NCBI GenBank assembly: GCA_009694215.1
Contig: SHVN01000001.1
Location: forward strand, 32,943-96,942
Length of the DNA: 64,000 nucleotides
Reading direction: 5' to 3'
DNA from: Xanthobacteraceae bacterium
GTDB taxonomy: Bacteria; Pseudomonadota; Alphaproteobacteria; Rhizobiales; Xanthobacteraceae
Shown here in pieces: positions 1 through 9,253 of this stretch (the first letter of the stretch is position 1; each line of letters opens with the position of its first letter). Position numbers and translations under genes: made by a program. The notes under the pieces were generated by a model, which was not told the DNA's origin, did not search any database, and saw only the letters and a list, made by a program, of their open reading frames with translations.

Positions 1-575
1 TTGAGCCCCAGCGCCATCGCCTCGGCGGTCGCGGCGATGTTGATGGCGACCAGCAGATTGTTCACGAGCTTGACCTTGGTCGCGGCGCCGAACGGGCCGA
101 AATAGAGGCACATGTCGGCGAAACCCTTGACGACGGGCTCAACCTTCTTGGCGGCCTCCGCGTCGCCGCCGAGATAGATCACGGCCTTGCGCGCAGCCAC
201 CATGCCGGGCGTGCCGCTCACTTCGCCGTCGAGGTAAGCCGTGCCTTTTTTGGCCAGCGGTGCGACCTGCTTTTCCTTCGCCGGCACCGGATGGGAACCG
301 AGTTCCACGACGATCTGGCCGGGCCGCGCGGAATGGATCAGGCCCTGCGGCCCGTTCACCACCTCATCCATCGCCTCTGCGGTGGGCACGCAGGAGAACA
401 CGACGTCGCATTGTGCGCCGATGTCGGCCGGGGACTTCGCCGCCACGCCGCCGATCTTCTCGAAATCGGCGAGCGAGCCGCGCCGGTAGCCGAGCACGCG
501 GTAGCCGCTCTTGATGAGGTTGTCCGAGATCGGCAGGCCGATCTTGCCGACGCCGACGAAGCCTACGGTTTCCAT
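1..575 (-). CDS. NAD(P)-dependent oxidoreductase, 3-hydroxyisobutyrate/6-phosphogluconate dehydrogenase family (partial; 3' end outside window)
   Basis: Not in ORF track; read manually from ATG at 575: METVGFVGVGKIGLPISDNLIKSGY...YLDGEVSGTPGM...GAATKVKLVNNLLVAINIAATAEAMALG. GxGxxG Rossmann motif, KLVNN catalytic-Lys motif, GGGAG RBS upstream. Confidence 0.9.
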   Translation of the reverse strand, partial: METVGFVGVGKIGLPISDNLIKSGYRVLGYRRGSLADFEKIGGVAAKSPADIGAQCDVVFSCVPTAEAMDEVVNGPQGLIHSARPGQIVVELGSHPVPAKEKQVAPLAKKGTAYLDGEVSGTPGMVAARKAVIYLGGDAEAAKKVEPVVKGFADMCLYFGPFGAATKVKLVNNLLVAINIAATAEAMALGL

Positions 576-608
576 CCCTGCTCCCAGTGTTTATTGCTTT
601 TTGGCCAG

Positions 609-992
609 TTATGCGAAGTCGAGCGACTGGTCGGAGAAATTCACCTTCACGCCGACCGAGCCCTCCATCAAGGTCCACTCACGCACCTCGAAGGTGCGGA
701 GCTTGTTGACGACGAACGGGTCGGCGGACGCGATCGCCCGGGCCTCGTCGGCATTGGCGGTGCGAAGGATGGTCAGCCCGTCGCCCATCGGCGCCCCGGC
801 CGCGGCCGTGAGCGGCCCGGAGCCGAACAGCACTCCCTTCTTCTCAAGCCCGATCATGTATTCTAGGTGCTGCGGCAGGACGGCGCCGATCTGCTCGGCC
901 GTCGAGTTGCCCTTTGAAAGGACCACGTAGAGCTTCTTTCGCAGCATCCGCTGCGTGAGCTGCCGGATCCGGTCCTCCCCAGACGCTGCCAC
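609..992 (-). CDS. YciI family protein
   Basis: HLEYM...GVLFGSGPL...GLTILRT...A...DPFVV pattern typical of YciI; co-oriented with the downstream dehydrogenase. Confidence 0.8.
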   Translation of the reverse strand: MAASGEDRIRQLTQRMLRKKLYVVLSKGNSTAEQIGAVLPQHLEYMIGLEKKGVLFGSGPLTAAAGAPMGDGLTILRTANADEARAIASADPFVVNKLRTFEVREWTLMEGSVGVKVNFSDQSLDFA

Positions 993-1216
993 GACGCTCG
1001 ACCCGCCAATCTTTGCTGCCAGTGGCCCATTGGCCGACCTGCGCGAAGCCTAAGCGGGTTACCCGGAATGGGCAACGGCCCGCTCCACGGCGGTCCTGAT
1101 GCGCGCTTCAATGGTTCGGCCCGTTGCCGGATTATTGCGCTGCGGCACCACCCGCCGGGATCATTAAGGCTCAGACAACCATTCCAGCCCTATATCTCGG
1201 CAGCATTGGTCAATGA

Positions 1217-2471
1217 ATGGCCGCTTGGATGAAGCTGCCTCAAGTTTCCCATGAATTGGCCGCCCGGCTCGCGAACTACCAGATCGACGACCGCGCGCGC
1301 CTCGTGCTGCGCTAGCTTGGGCCGTTGCTCGATCCGCACTTGGGCCCGGCGGTCGACGAGGTGATCGCCGGCGCGGCCCGTTTGAGCCAGGTTGCGGAGA
1401 TCTACAGGAAGCACTCCGGCGATTTCCGGCGCATTGAGATCGGGCAGTTCCAGGAACTCCTGCGGGCCGATTTCGGTCCCCGCTATATGAACTGCAGCCG
1501 CAACACGATCGAGAAAGAATCGGTGCTCGGCTTCGAGGGGCGGGCGCGCATGAATTCCGCCGCCGCCGTGTTGCGGACGGCCAGCGCCGTCCTGCGGCGG
1601 GAGCATCGTTTCTCGCCCGGAAAGCTTGGCGACCGGATCAACATACTCTCCCAGGCGATCTTCTTCGATCTCGCCACCACCTCGACGTTCTACCTGCAGC
1701 GCGTGCGCGACGCCGCGTCGGCGCGGCGACATGTGATCGATCAGGCCATCGGCGAATTCGACACCGCGATCGGCGGCGTGATCGATGCGCTGAAGGAGGC
1801 GACCGGCTCGCTCACCGCGACTTCATCCACCGTCCAGCGGGTCACCGAGGACACGCTGCGCCGGATGGCGTCGGCGTCCGTGGCCTCGGCGGAGACGAGC
1901 CAGAGTGTCGATCTTACCGTGGCCGCGACCGAAGAGCTCTCCAATTCAATCCAGGAGATCGGCCAGCAGGCAGCGCGCGGCATGGAGATGGCGCGCTCTG
2001 CCGTCGCCGACACCGAGCGGACCAACCAGACCATTCGCTCGCTCGACGAGGCGGCCGAGCGCATCGGCTAGGTCGTCGGATTGATTTCCAAGATTGCCGC
2101 GCAGACCAACCTCCCGGAGCTGAACGCCACCATCGAGGCGGAGCGCGCTGGCGATGCCGGCAATGGCTTTGCGGTCGTCGCCGCCGAGGTGAAGGCTCTC
2201 GCCAATCAGACCTCGCGTGCGACCGAGGATATCTCGCAGCAGGTCGCCGCCATCCAGGAGGCGACCAAAGGCGCCGTCAACGAGATCGGATCGATCGGCC
2301 GCACCATCCACGAGCTGACCTCCGTCTCGACCTCGATCGCCGCGGCCGTCGATCAGCAGGGCGCCACCACCGCGGCAGGCGAGATCAGCGGTTGGACCAC
2401 GCGGCTCTCTGCGCGCGCGGGACCTCGAAAGCAAGCTTGCGCGCTTTTTCAACCGCGTGCGGGCGGCTTAG
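1217..2471 (+). pseudogene. Globin-coupled (protoglobin-like) methyl-accepting chemotaxis protein, disrupted
   Basis: ATG 1217 MAAWMKLPQVSHELAARLANYQIDDRARLVLR*LGPLLDPHL. In-frame TAG at 1313-1315 and 2069-2071 ([16 protein letters not shown]). MCP hairpin NATIEA.RAG..G.GFAVVA.EVK.LA present but degenerate. Shortened after QGATT; frameshift near 2420, after which the alternative frame [16 protein letters not shown] ends at 2471. Confidence 0.85.
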
Positions 2472-2690
2472 TTCTCGGGATCTGATGCGCGCTGGCCGCA
2501 CACCGCCGGAAAACATCGAGAAAGCGGACTATTTCGGCGTTGCCGCAATGCGGCGACCCGGCAGAATAATTTTGACAGCGGTTGCGCCCTATGGTCTTTT
2601 TCGGGCGCATTTGCCGCGTCCGCAAGCGTGCTCCGTCGGTTCAACACCGGTGCTCGTATGGATGGCCGGCCGAACCTGGACGTCAGCACC

Positions 2691-4511
2691 ATGGCCCCGA
2701 AGTCAAGTCCTGCCCTCGCCGATCCCGATGTGCACAAGGTCGAGCGGCTCTCGATCCCCTACAGCACCAACGCGCCGGCTTTCGGCAGCGATGTGGTCGC
2801 GGAGACACTGAGCGCGCTGGATATTCCGTATATCGCGCTCAACCCCGGGGCGAGCTACCGCGGATTGCACGACAGCATAGTCAACTTCCTCGGCAACGAG
2901 CAGCCGCAGATGCTGCTGTGCCTGCACGAGGAGGCCGCGGTCGCGATCGCGCACGGCTACGCCAAGGTGACCGGCAAGGCGATGGCCGCCGCCGTGCACT
3001 CCAACGTCGGCCTGTTCCACGCCACCATGGCGATCTTCAACGCCTGGTGCGACCGCATGCCGATCCTTATTCTTGGCGCCACCGGCCCGGTCGACGCCAT
3101 GAAGCGCCGTCCGTGGATCGACTGGATCCACACCGCCGCGGATCAGGGCGCGATCATCCGCAACTTCTCCAAGTGGGATGACCAGCCGGCGTCGGCAGGC
3201 GCCGCCCGCGAGTCGGTGCTGCGCGCCTACTGGATGGCGAACACCGCGCCGTGCGGGCCGACCTACATCAACCTCGACGCCGAGGTGCAGGAGGGCAAAC
3301 TTCCGGCGCCGCTGCCGCCGATCGACGCCAAGCGTTACATGCCGCAGGTGGTGCAGGGCCCGTCGGCCGATCTGGTCAAGAAGGCGGCCGATATTCTCTT
3401 GGGCGCCAAGAAGCCGCTGATTCTGGCCGGACGCATGTCGCGCAAGGTCGAGGACTGGAAGCGGCGCATCGAACTCGCCGAGGCGATCGACGCGCGCGTG
3501 GCCTCCAACCTCAAGATCGGCGCGGCGTTCCCGACCGACCATCCGCTGCACATCGGCTATCCCGCGACCTTCGCCACTGACGATCTGATCGCCGCGGTGA
3601 AGGACGCCGACGTGATTCTGAGCCTCGACTGGGTCGATCTCGGCGGCACGTTCAAGGCCATCGGCGGCGTTCCGTCGGCGACCGTGATCCAGGTGTCGCT
3701 CGATCAGAATCTGCACAACGGCTGGAGCATGGACTACGAGGGTCTGCCGGCGGTGGACCTGTTCATCCCGGCGGAAGCCGACGCGACCGTCGAGGCGCTG
3801 GTCGTCGCTCTCGCGGGCAAGGCCAAGCCGAAGAAGCCGCATCTCGTTCGCGAGCATCCGTTGAAGCCTAAGCCCGCGCCGGATAGCGAAATGGCGGCGG
3901 CCGACATGGCCAATGTGCTGCGCCACTGCGTCGGCGACCGCACCACCTGTCTCACCCACGTCTCGCTGTCCTGGCACGGCGAGTTCTGGCCGTTCCGCCA
4001 TCCGCTCGATTACGTCGGGTCCGACGGCGGTGGCGGCGTCGGTGGCGGTCCCGGCATCTCGGTCGGCGCGGCGCTCGCGCTCAAGGGCACCGGCCGCCTG
4101 CCAATTGCGGTCTGCGGCGACGGTGACTTCATGATGGGCAACACGGCGGTCTGGACTGCGGCGCACTACCGCATTCCGATCCTGTTCGTGGTGGCCAATA
4201 ATCGCTCGTTCTACAACGACGAGGTCCATCAGGAGCGTGTCGCCATCGCCCGCAACCGTCCGGTCGACAACAAGTGGATCGGCCAGCGCATCGCCGATCC
4301 GGACATTGACATCGGCATGGTCGCGCGCGGGCAGGGCGCCAAGGGCTTCGGGCCTTGCCGCAATGCCGGCGAGCTGGAGAAGGCGCTCAAGGAAGCCATC
4401 GCGGTGGTTGAGGCCGGCGGTGTCGCCGTGGTCGATGCCCGCATCCTTGGCGGCTACAGCCCGGCGACCGCCGCGGCCATGGCCCGCGGCAAGGCCGATC
4501 GCGGCACCTGA
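2691..4511 (+). CDS. Thiamine pyrophosphate-binding protein (benzoylformate decarboxylase/acetolactate synthase-like)
   Basis: NPGASYRGLHDS, LHEEAAVAIAHGYAK (catalytic Glu), ThDP motif GDGDFMMG...NN. Start uncertain (2658/2691). Confidence 0.88.
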   Translation: MAPKSSPALADPDVHKVERLSIPYSTNAPAFGSDVVAETLSALDIPYIALNPGASYRGLHDSIVNFLGNEQPQMLLCLHEEAAVAIAHGYAKVTGKAMAAAVHSNVGLFHATMAIFNAWCDRMPILILGATGPVDAMKRRPWIDWIHTAADQGAIIRNFSKWDDQPASAGAARESVLRAYWMANTAPCGPTYINLDAEVQEGKLPAPLPPIDAKRYMPQVVQGPSADLVKKAADILLGAKKPLILAGRMSRKVEDWKRRIELAEAIDARVASNLKIGAAFPTDHPLHIGYPATFATDDLIAAVKDADVILSLDWVDLGGTFKAIGGVPSATVIQVSLDQNLHNGWSMDYEGLPAVDLFIPAEADATVEALVVALAGKAKPKKPHLVREHPLKPKPAPDSEMAAADMANVLRHCVGDRTTCLTHVSLSWHGEFWPFRHPLDYVGSDGGGGVGGGPGISVGAALALKGTGRLPIAVCGDGDFMMGNTAVWTAAHYRIPILFVVANNRSFYNDEVHQERVAIARNRPVDNKWIGQRIADPDIDIGMVARGQGAKGFGPCRNAGELEKALKEAIAVVEAGGVAVVDARILGGYSPATAAAMARGKADRGT

Positions 4512-4523
4512 TACCAACCGGCG

Positions 4524-5363
4524 GTGAGCGTCGCGATGCCTGCTGCCGAACCCATCCTGGTTGTCGAGAACATCGTCAAGCGTTTCGAAACGCAGGACGG
4601 TGTTCTCTTGGCCGTCGATGACGTTTCGTTCAACGTCATGCCGGGCGAATTCGTCTCGGTGATCGGCCCGTCCGGCTGCGGCAAGTCCACCCTGTTCAAC
4701 GTGATGGGGGGCTTGCTCGACGGCTACGACGGCCGCGTCACGGTCGGCGGCGACACGGTGCGCGGGCCGCATGCCTCGGTCGGCATGATTTTCCAGGAGG
4801 AGTCGACCTTCCCCTGGCGCACAGTGGTCGACAATGTCGCGTTTCCGCTCGAGATCGCCGGCATGCCGAAGGCCGAGCGGATCGAGCGAGCCCGCCATTT
4901 TGTCGATCTGGTCGGCCTCGACGGCTTCGAGCGGCGCTACCCGGCGGAACTGTCAGGCGGCATGCGCCAGCGCGTGTCGATGGCCCGCACGCTCGCCTCC
5001 GAGCCCAAGATTCTTTTGATGGACGAACCGTTCGCCGCGCTCGACGAGCAGACGCGGCTCCTGCTCGGCGACAAGGTTCTGCAGATCCAGCAGGACCTTA
5101 AGCAGACCACGCTGCTCATCACCCACAACCTGACCGAGGCGGTGCAGCTTTCCGACCGCATCCTGGTGATGACCTATCGCCCCGGCAAGATCAAGCGCAT
5201 CGTCGAGATCAAGCTGCCGCGGCCGCGCACCTCCGAGATCGTCAGCAGCGACGATTTCGGCCGCTATGTCGCGCAGATCTGGGCCGATCTGCGCGAGGAG
5301 GCGAGCAAGGGCCTCAAGGACGACGAGTCGCGCGTGGCCCGCGACGGCGGCAGGCGCGCATGA
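4524..5363 (+). CDS. ABC transporter ATP-binding protein, NitT/TauT family
   Basis: Walker A GPSGCGKST, LSGGMRQR signature, LLMDEPF, ITH. Confidence 0.93.
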   Translation: MSVAMPAAEPILVVENIVKRFETQDGVLLAVDDVSFNVMPGEFVSVIGPSGCGKSTLFNVMGGLLDGYDGRVTVGGDTVRGPHASVGMIFQEESTFPWRTVVDNVAFPLEIAGMPKAERIERARHFVDLVGLDGFERRYPAELSGGMRQRVSMARTLASEPKILLMDEPFAALDEQTRLLLGDKVLQIQQDLKQTTLLITHNLTEAVQLSDRILVMTYRPGKIKRIVEIKLPRPRTSEIVSSDDFGRYVAQIWADLREEASKGLKDDESRVARDGGRRA

Positions 5364-6130
5364 CCGCGCGCGCGCTGATGAAGCGCCCGGCCGTCCCGTT
5401 CGTGTTTGGGGTAGCCTGTCTACTGGCGCTGATTGCGCTGATAGAGGTGCTGATCCGGGCAGGGCTGATCAATCCCTTCATTGTGCCAAAGCCCACTGAG
5501 ATTCTCTGGAGCTTCGAGCGCATCATCCTCGAGGAGCATGTCCTGCCGCGTTTTCTCCTGACCTGCGGCGAGGCGCTGATGGCGACCTTGATGCTCAGCA
5601 TGACCGGCATTTCGCTCGGCGTGCTGCTGCATCGCAGCCGTATCGTCCGGCTTGCCACCGAGACCTGGGTCGCGGCGCTGGCGTCGGCGCCGCTCGTTCT
5701 GATGTACCCTCTGTTCCTGGTGATCTTTGGCCGCAGCGCGTGGACGATCATCATGATCGCCTTCGTCGCGGCGCTGCCGCCGGTGATCCTGAAGACGCTG
5801 GAAGGGCTCTCCGGAACGCGGGCGGTGCTCATCAATGTGGGCCGCAGCTTCAAGCTCACGCCGTCGCAGCTCTACTGGAAAATCCTGTTCCCCTCCGCGC
5901 TGCCGACCATCTTCGTCGGCGTGCGGCTCGGCATGATCTTCGCGCTGATCAACATCGTCGGCGTCGAGTTCCTCATCAACTTCGGCGGCTTGGGCCAGCT
6001 CGTCAATGAGCTCGCCGAGCGCTATGACCTGCCCGGGACCTACGCGGCGATCTGCTTCGTGATCCTGGTCAGCGTCATGTTTTTCATGGGCACGGAGCGG
6101 ATCGAGCGATGGCTCAGACCGGGCACCTGA
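5360..6130 (+). CDS. ABC transporter permease, NitT/TauT family
   Basis: Multiple TM helices, EAA-like loop GRSFKL...KILFPSALP; ATGA overlap with the ATPase. Confidence 0.9.
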   Translation: MTARALMKRPAVPFVFGVACLLALIALIEVLIRAGLINPFIVPKPTEILWSFERIILEEHVLPRFLLTCGEALMATLMLSMTGISLGVLLHRSRIVRLATETWVAALASAPLVLMYPLFLVIFGRSAWTIIMIAFVAALPPVILKTLEGLSGTRAVLINVGRSFKLTPSQLYWKILFPSALPTIFVGVRLGMIFALINIVGVEFLINFGGLGQLVNELAERYDLPGTYAAICFVILVSVMFFMGTERIERWLRPGT

Positions 6131-6954
6131 CGCGAGCGCCTATGGCGGCGGAGCCGTGGCTCAATCCGGTCACGCGGCTGCGCGTCATTATCCTTGTAAC
6201 GATCCTTGTCATCTGGGAGGCGGTGGCCGCTTCGGGGATTCTACTGCGCGAGGTCGTGCCGTCGATCGTGGTCATCGGCCGCTCGCTGGCCGAGCTCCTG
6301 TTTCATCCGGACCTGAAGTGGCCGGTCGACATCGGCATTGGCGGCCTGCGGTTCGCCCAGCAGCTCTGGGTTCCGGCGTTCTACTGGCACCTCTATGTGA
6401 CGGTGATGGAGGTGGCGACCGCCCTGGTGATCGGCGGGTCCGCCGGCCTTGCGGTCGGTCTGGCGCTGGGCGCCAATCCGTTCCTCAGCAAGGCGTTTGA
6501 GCGCTATCTCTACTATCTCGGGCCGACGCCCAAGATCGTATTCTTCCCGGTTATGATCATGTGGTTCGGGGTGGGCCCGGAATCCAAGATCGCGATGGGC
6601 ACGTTGTCGTGCTTCTTCCCGATCGTGCTGAGCGTCGCCGCCGGCATGCGCCAGATCGAAGGCGTGCTGATCCGCGTCGGTCGCAGCTTCCGTCTCAACA
6701 CCTGGCAGATGGTGACGAAGATTTACCTTCCTGCGATGCGCGAGCCGATCGTCAACGGCGTCCGGCTTGGCATGGGCGTCGCCATGATCGGCACGCTTCT
6801 GGCCGAGACCAAGCTCTCCAACAAGGGCGTCGGCTTCATGATCATCGACGCCTACAACACGTTCGACATGCCGCGCATGTATGCGGTGCTGCTGACTTTG
6901 TTCGTGGTCGCCATCGGCGCCAATGCCCTGGTCGGCCGCGCCAGCCGGGGTTAG
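6109..6954 (+). CDS. ABC transporter permease, NitT/TauT family
   Basis: TM helices, PKIVFFP..WFG.G, GRSF...KIYLPAM, AE...G.G motif. Confidence 0.9.
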   Translation: MAQTGHLTRAPMAAEPWLNPVTRLRVIILVTILVIWEAVAASGILLREVVPSIVVIGRSLAELLFHPDLKWPVDIGIGGLRFAQQLWVPAFYWHLYVTVMEVATALVIGGSAGLAVGLALGANPFLSKAFERYLYYLGPTPKIVFFPVMIMWFGVGPESKIAMGTLSCFFPIVLSVAAGMRQIEGVLIRVGRSFRLNTWQMVTKIYLPAMREPIVNGVRLGMGVAMIGTLLAETKLSNKGVGFMIIDAYNTFDMPRMYAVLLTLFVVAIGANALVGRASRG

Positions 6955-6959
6955 CCGGT

Positions 6960-6995
6960 CCTACCAGGTTCCGTTGCGGTCCGTCGGCTGGTAGG
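6960..6995 (+). terminator. Hairpin after ABC operon (possible terminator)
   Basis: CCTACCAG...CTGGTAGG inverted repeat right after stop 6954; no U-tract. Confidence 0.35.
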
Positions 6996-7086
6996 CGCTC
7001 CGGAAATTCTGCTGTGCGCTGCGGCCCGTATCCCACCCATTGGACTGCCGGGCGTCGGAATTGTCCTGGCCGCGCCCGCTGCTGCC

Positions 7087-7285
7087 AAGCTAAAGGACGC
7101 ACAGGCCGCTTATGTGAAAGCTCTGCAGCCCACTGGCGAGGTGAAAGAGGATGTAATCGGCTACGTCTTCGCCATAAACGGCAAACTCAACAGCGCAGAC
7201 ATCTATCCTTCGAATGGGCTGTTCCGAAAAATGTGGGCGAAGCTCTTGGCCGCCAATGCAACGGAGGCGATCAGCGAAAAGAAGC
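7087..7285 (+). pseudogene. C-terminal fragment of DUF6569/ARPP-1-like protein
   Basis: KLKDAQAAYVKALQP...DVIGYVFAINGKLNSADIYPSNGLFRKMWAKLLAANATEAISEK resembles the C-terminal part of rhizobial DUF6569 proteins (recognised from memory); body of the gene absent. Confidence 0.55.
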
Positions 7286-7363
7286 ACTCGCACAGCGCTA
7301 CGGAGTTTGGTCAGGTCATCGGATCGGGCTGCAGTGGGGCGGCAAACTTTTGTGATGTCCCCG

Positions 7364-7528
7364 GAGATCGAACTGATCGGGCACATCCATCCCGTCGGCA
7401 AACAGCCGCGCGCCCTGCTTCGAGATGTCCGTGATCATGCAGTCGCGCGGCAGCGCGCCGGAATCGGTCTGGAATTTGGCGATCCGGTTGATGATATAGC
7501 GGCGGTGCCGGCGGCGTTCGTCGAACAT
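7364..7528 (-). pseudogene. Truncated PilZ (c-di-GMP-binding) domain protein
   Basis: MFDERRRHRRYIINRIAK...CMITDISKQGARLF...VPDQFDL: RxxxR and DxSxxG motifs. Similarity stops after about 55 aa; the C-terminal strands (C.VVWR...GV.F) are missing. Confidence 0.75.
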
Positions 7529-7641
7529 GAGATGTGCCCAGGGCTTCGGAGCCTGGGTGATACGACGCAACCCTGCAACAGCCAGCTAAGAATTCCCGCG
7601 TACATTAATTCGAATTGATCGGTTCCGTGTGCCGCGCCGAC

Positions 7642-8469
7642 CTAGCGCCGCTTCTTCCGGGCTGTCGCGGGCGGTTTGCCGCGGCGCGCGGCGGCAGGCC
7701 TGGCGGTCGATTTGGATGCTGCCTTGGGCGCGCCGGCTGGATATTCGCCCGCTTTCTTCAGCCGCACCGACCAGTACTCCCAGGCGCGCGCCTGCGGCCG
7801 CGGCTGCAGGTTGCGGTCCCATGCCATCTTCGCTTCGCCCGGCGTGAGCGGGCTTAAGCTTCGGCCCTGCGCCTTGCACACCAATTGCAACTCGGCGTTC
7901 CGGACGCTGTAGATGCAGCGGAACACCAGCTCGGTGAGATTCTTCGCCGCCACCGTCGCGCCGTGGCGGCGCATCAGCACCAGCCAGTAGGGACCGAGCG
8001 CCTTGGCGAGCGAGCGGCCTTCCTCCGGCTTGAGCACCAGCAGGTTGGTGTCGCCGAATTCGTCGCGGCTATCCCAGAACGGCACCTTCTCGCCGATCTG
8101 CGCTCCCATGTGATAGAGCGGCAAAAGCTCCTCGCCGGAGTTGCAGAACGGCAGGAATGCCATGCAGTGATGGTGTACGACGGCGTTCACGTCAGGCCGC
8201 GCCTTGTAGATTTCGCCGTGGATCACAAGCTCGCCATAGCCGCGAATGCCTGCCGGCAGCGGCATCACCGGCTCGCTGTCGAGCGTGTATTCGTGGATGT
8301 CGGCGGCCTCGACCACTTCGGGCGAGCGCGAGTGCGAGATCAGATAGCGGTCCGGCTTCGTCGGATGACGCATGCTGACGTGACCGAACGCGTCGATGAT
8401 GCCCTCGTAGGAGACGACGCGGTTGGCCACCGCGAGATCGTGCCGCGCCTGGGCGAGTGGGTCGGGCAT
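7642..8469 (-). CDS. Class II aldolase/adducin family protein
   Basis: DAFGHVS.R, E..IHGEIYKARPDVNAVVHHH, LMRRHG metal-binding His motifs; Lys/Arg/Ala-rich C-terminal tail. Confidence 0.9.
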   Translation of the reverse strand: MPDPLAQARHDLAVANRVVSYEGIIDAFGHVSMRHPTKPDRYLISHSRSPEVVEAADIHEYTLDSEPVMPLPAGIRGYGELVIHGEIYKARPDVNAVVHHHCMAFLPFCNSGEELLPLYHMGAQIGEKVPFWDSRDEFGDTNLLVLKPEEGRSLAKALGPYWLVLMRRHGATVAAKNLTELVFRCIYSVRNAELQLVCKAQGRSLSPLTPGEAKMAWDRNLQPRPQARAWEYWSVRLKKAGEYPAGAPKAASKSTARPAAARRGKPPATARKKRR

Positions 8470-8495
8470 ACTTTCCTCCTGATGACTCTGCGTTT

Positions 8496-8596
8496 GTCAT
8501 GGCCGGGGTTGTCCCGGCCATCTCGATTAACAAGGCACTGAGCCCGATGAATCGGGATCACCGGGACTCGCGCCTGCGGCGCGGCCCGGTGACGAC
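8496..8596. repeat. CGTC/GTCATG-type REP-like palindromic repeat (family A, copy 1)
   Basis: GTCATGGCCGGGGTTGTCCCGGCCATC...GATCACCGGGAC...CCCGGTGACGAC; same family as 27305 and 53717. Confidence 0.8.
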
Positions 8597-8623
8597 GGCG
8601 GAATGAGTTGCACCGCGTCACCA

Positions 8624-9100
8624 CTAAAACTCAAATCCCAGCAGCAGACGGTCGAGCGAGATCGCGCCGCCGCCGTTGATCAGAAAATACAGCGCGCCGA
8701 TCGCCCACATTGCGGGATACTCGATGCCCATCTTGTTCCAAAAATAGCCGTCATATTTCGCATGGTCGTAGGCCGACAGCGCCAGCAGCGCAAACAGCGG
8801 CAGCGCCATCGGCCGGGTGAACAGGCCGAGCGCGACGCAAGGCGCCGCGACGAACTGCGTCAGCACGGTGCCGTAGGCCCAGAACCAGCCGGGCCGGAAG
8901 CCCTTGCGGTCGTACAGCCCAGCGACACCTTGCACACTGCTGATCGGCCCGCCGGTGCCCTTGAAGTAGCCGAGGCACATGCGCAGGCCATGCGGCACCA
9001 TCGCCATCCCGACCGCGAAGCGCAGCAGCGCCTCGACCCACGGCGCCAGCGCCGCATAGACGGCGCCGAGCGCGGGCACGAGCAGCGGGGTCTGGTTCAT
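8624..9100 (-). CDS. DoxX family membrane protein
   Basis: Start MNQTPLL at 9100; LLRFAVG.AMVPHG, 4 TM helices, G.EYP..W...L.....G.GAISLD..L C-terminal motif. Confidence 0.85.
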   Translation of the reverse strand: MNQTPLLVPALGAVYAALAPWVEALLRFAVGMAMVPHGLRMCLGYFKGTGGPISSVQGVAGLYDRKGFRPGWFWAYGTVLTQFVAAPCVALGLFTRPMALPLFALLALSAYDHAKYDGYFWNKMGIEYPAMWAIGALYFLINGGGAISLDRLLLGFEF

Positions 9101-9253
9101 CGGGTTTGGATTGTTCGCCGGGGTGCGGGAGCTTAGCTTTGCGGGCCGTGTGGCCGCAAGACGCCGGCGCATTGCGACAATGCGCCATCGCGCCTTGCCT
9201 GGAAAGTGTCCGTTGAGTACCGGTATCCGCGGACGGTGGCGGGAAGGCTTACC

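Noticed and set aside
1164-1180. CtrA-like TTAA-N7-ACAACC upstream of the MCP
   Set aside because: Second half-site has two mismatches; not distinguishable from chance.
2703-4898. Long antisense or alternate-frame ORFs (e.g. 2703-4898, 9916-11580, 18230-19852, 35412-37505, 50432-52573)
   Set aside because: Shadow ORFs of real genes, expected at high GC3; no motifs, Arg/Ala/Gly-rich.
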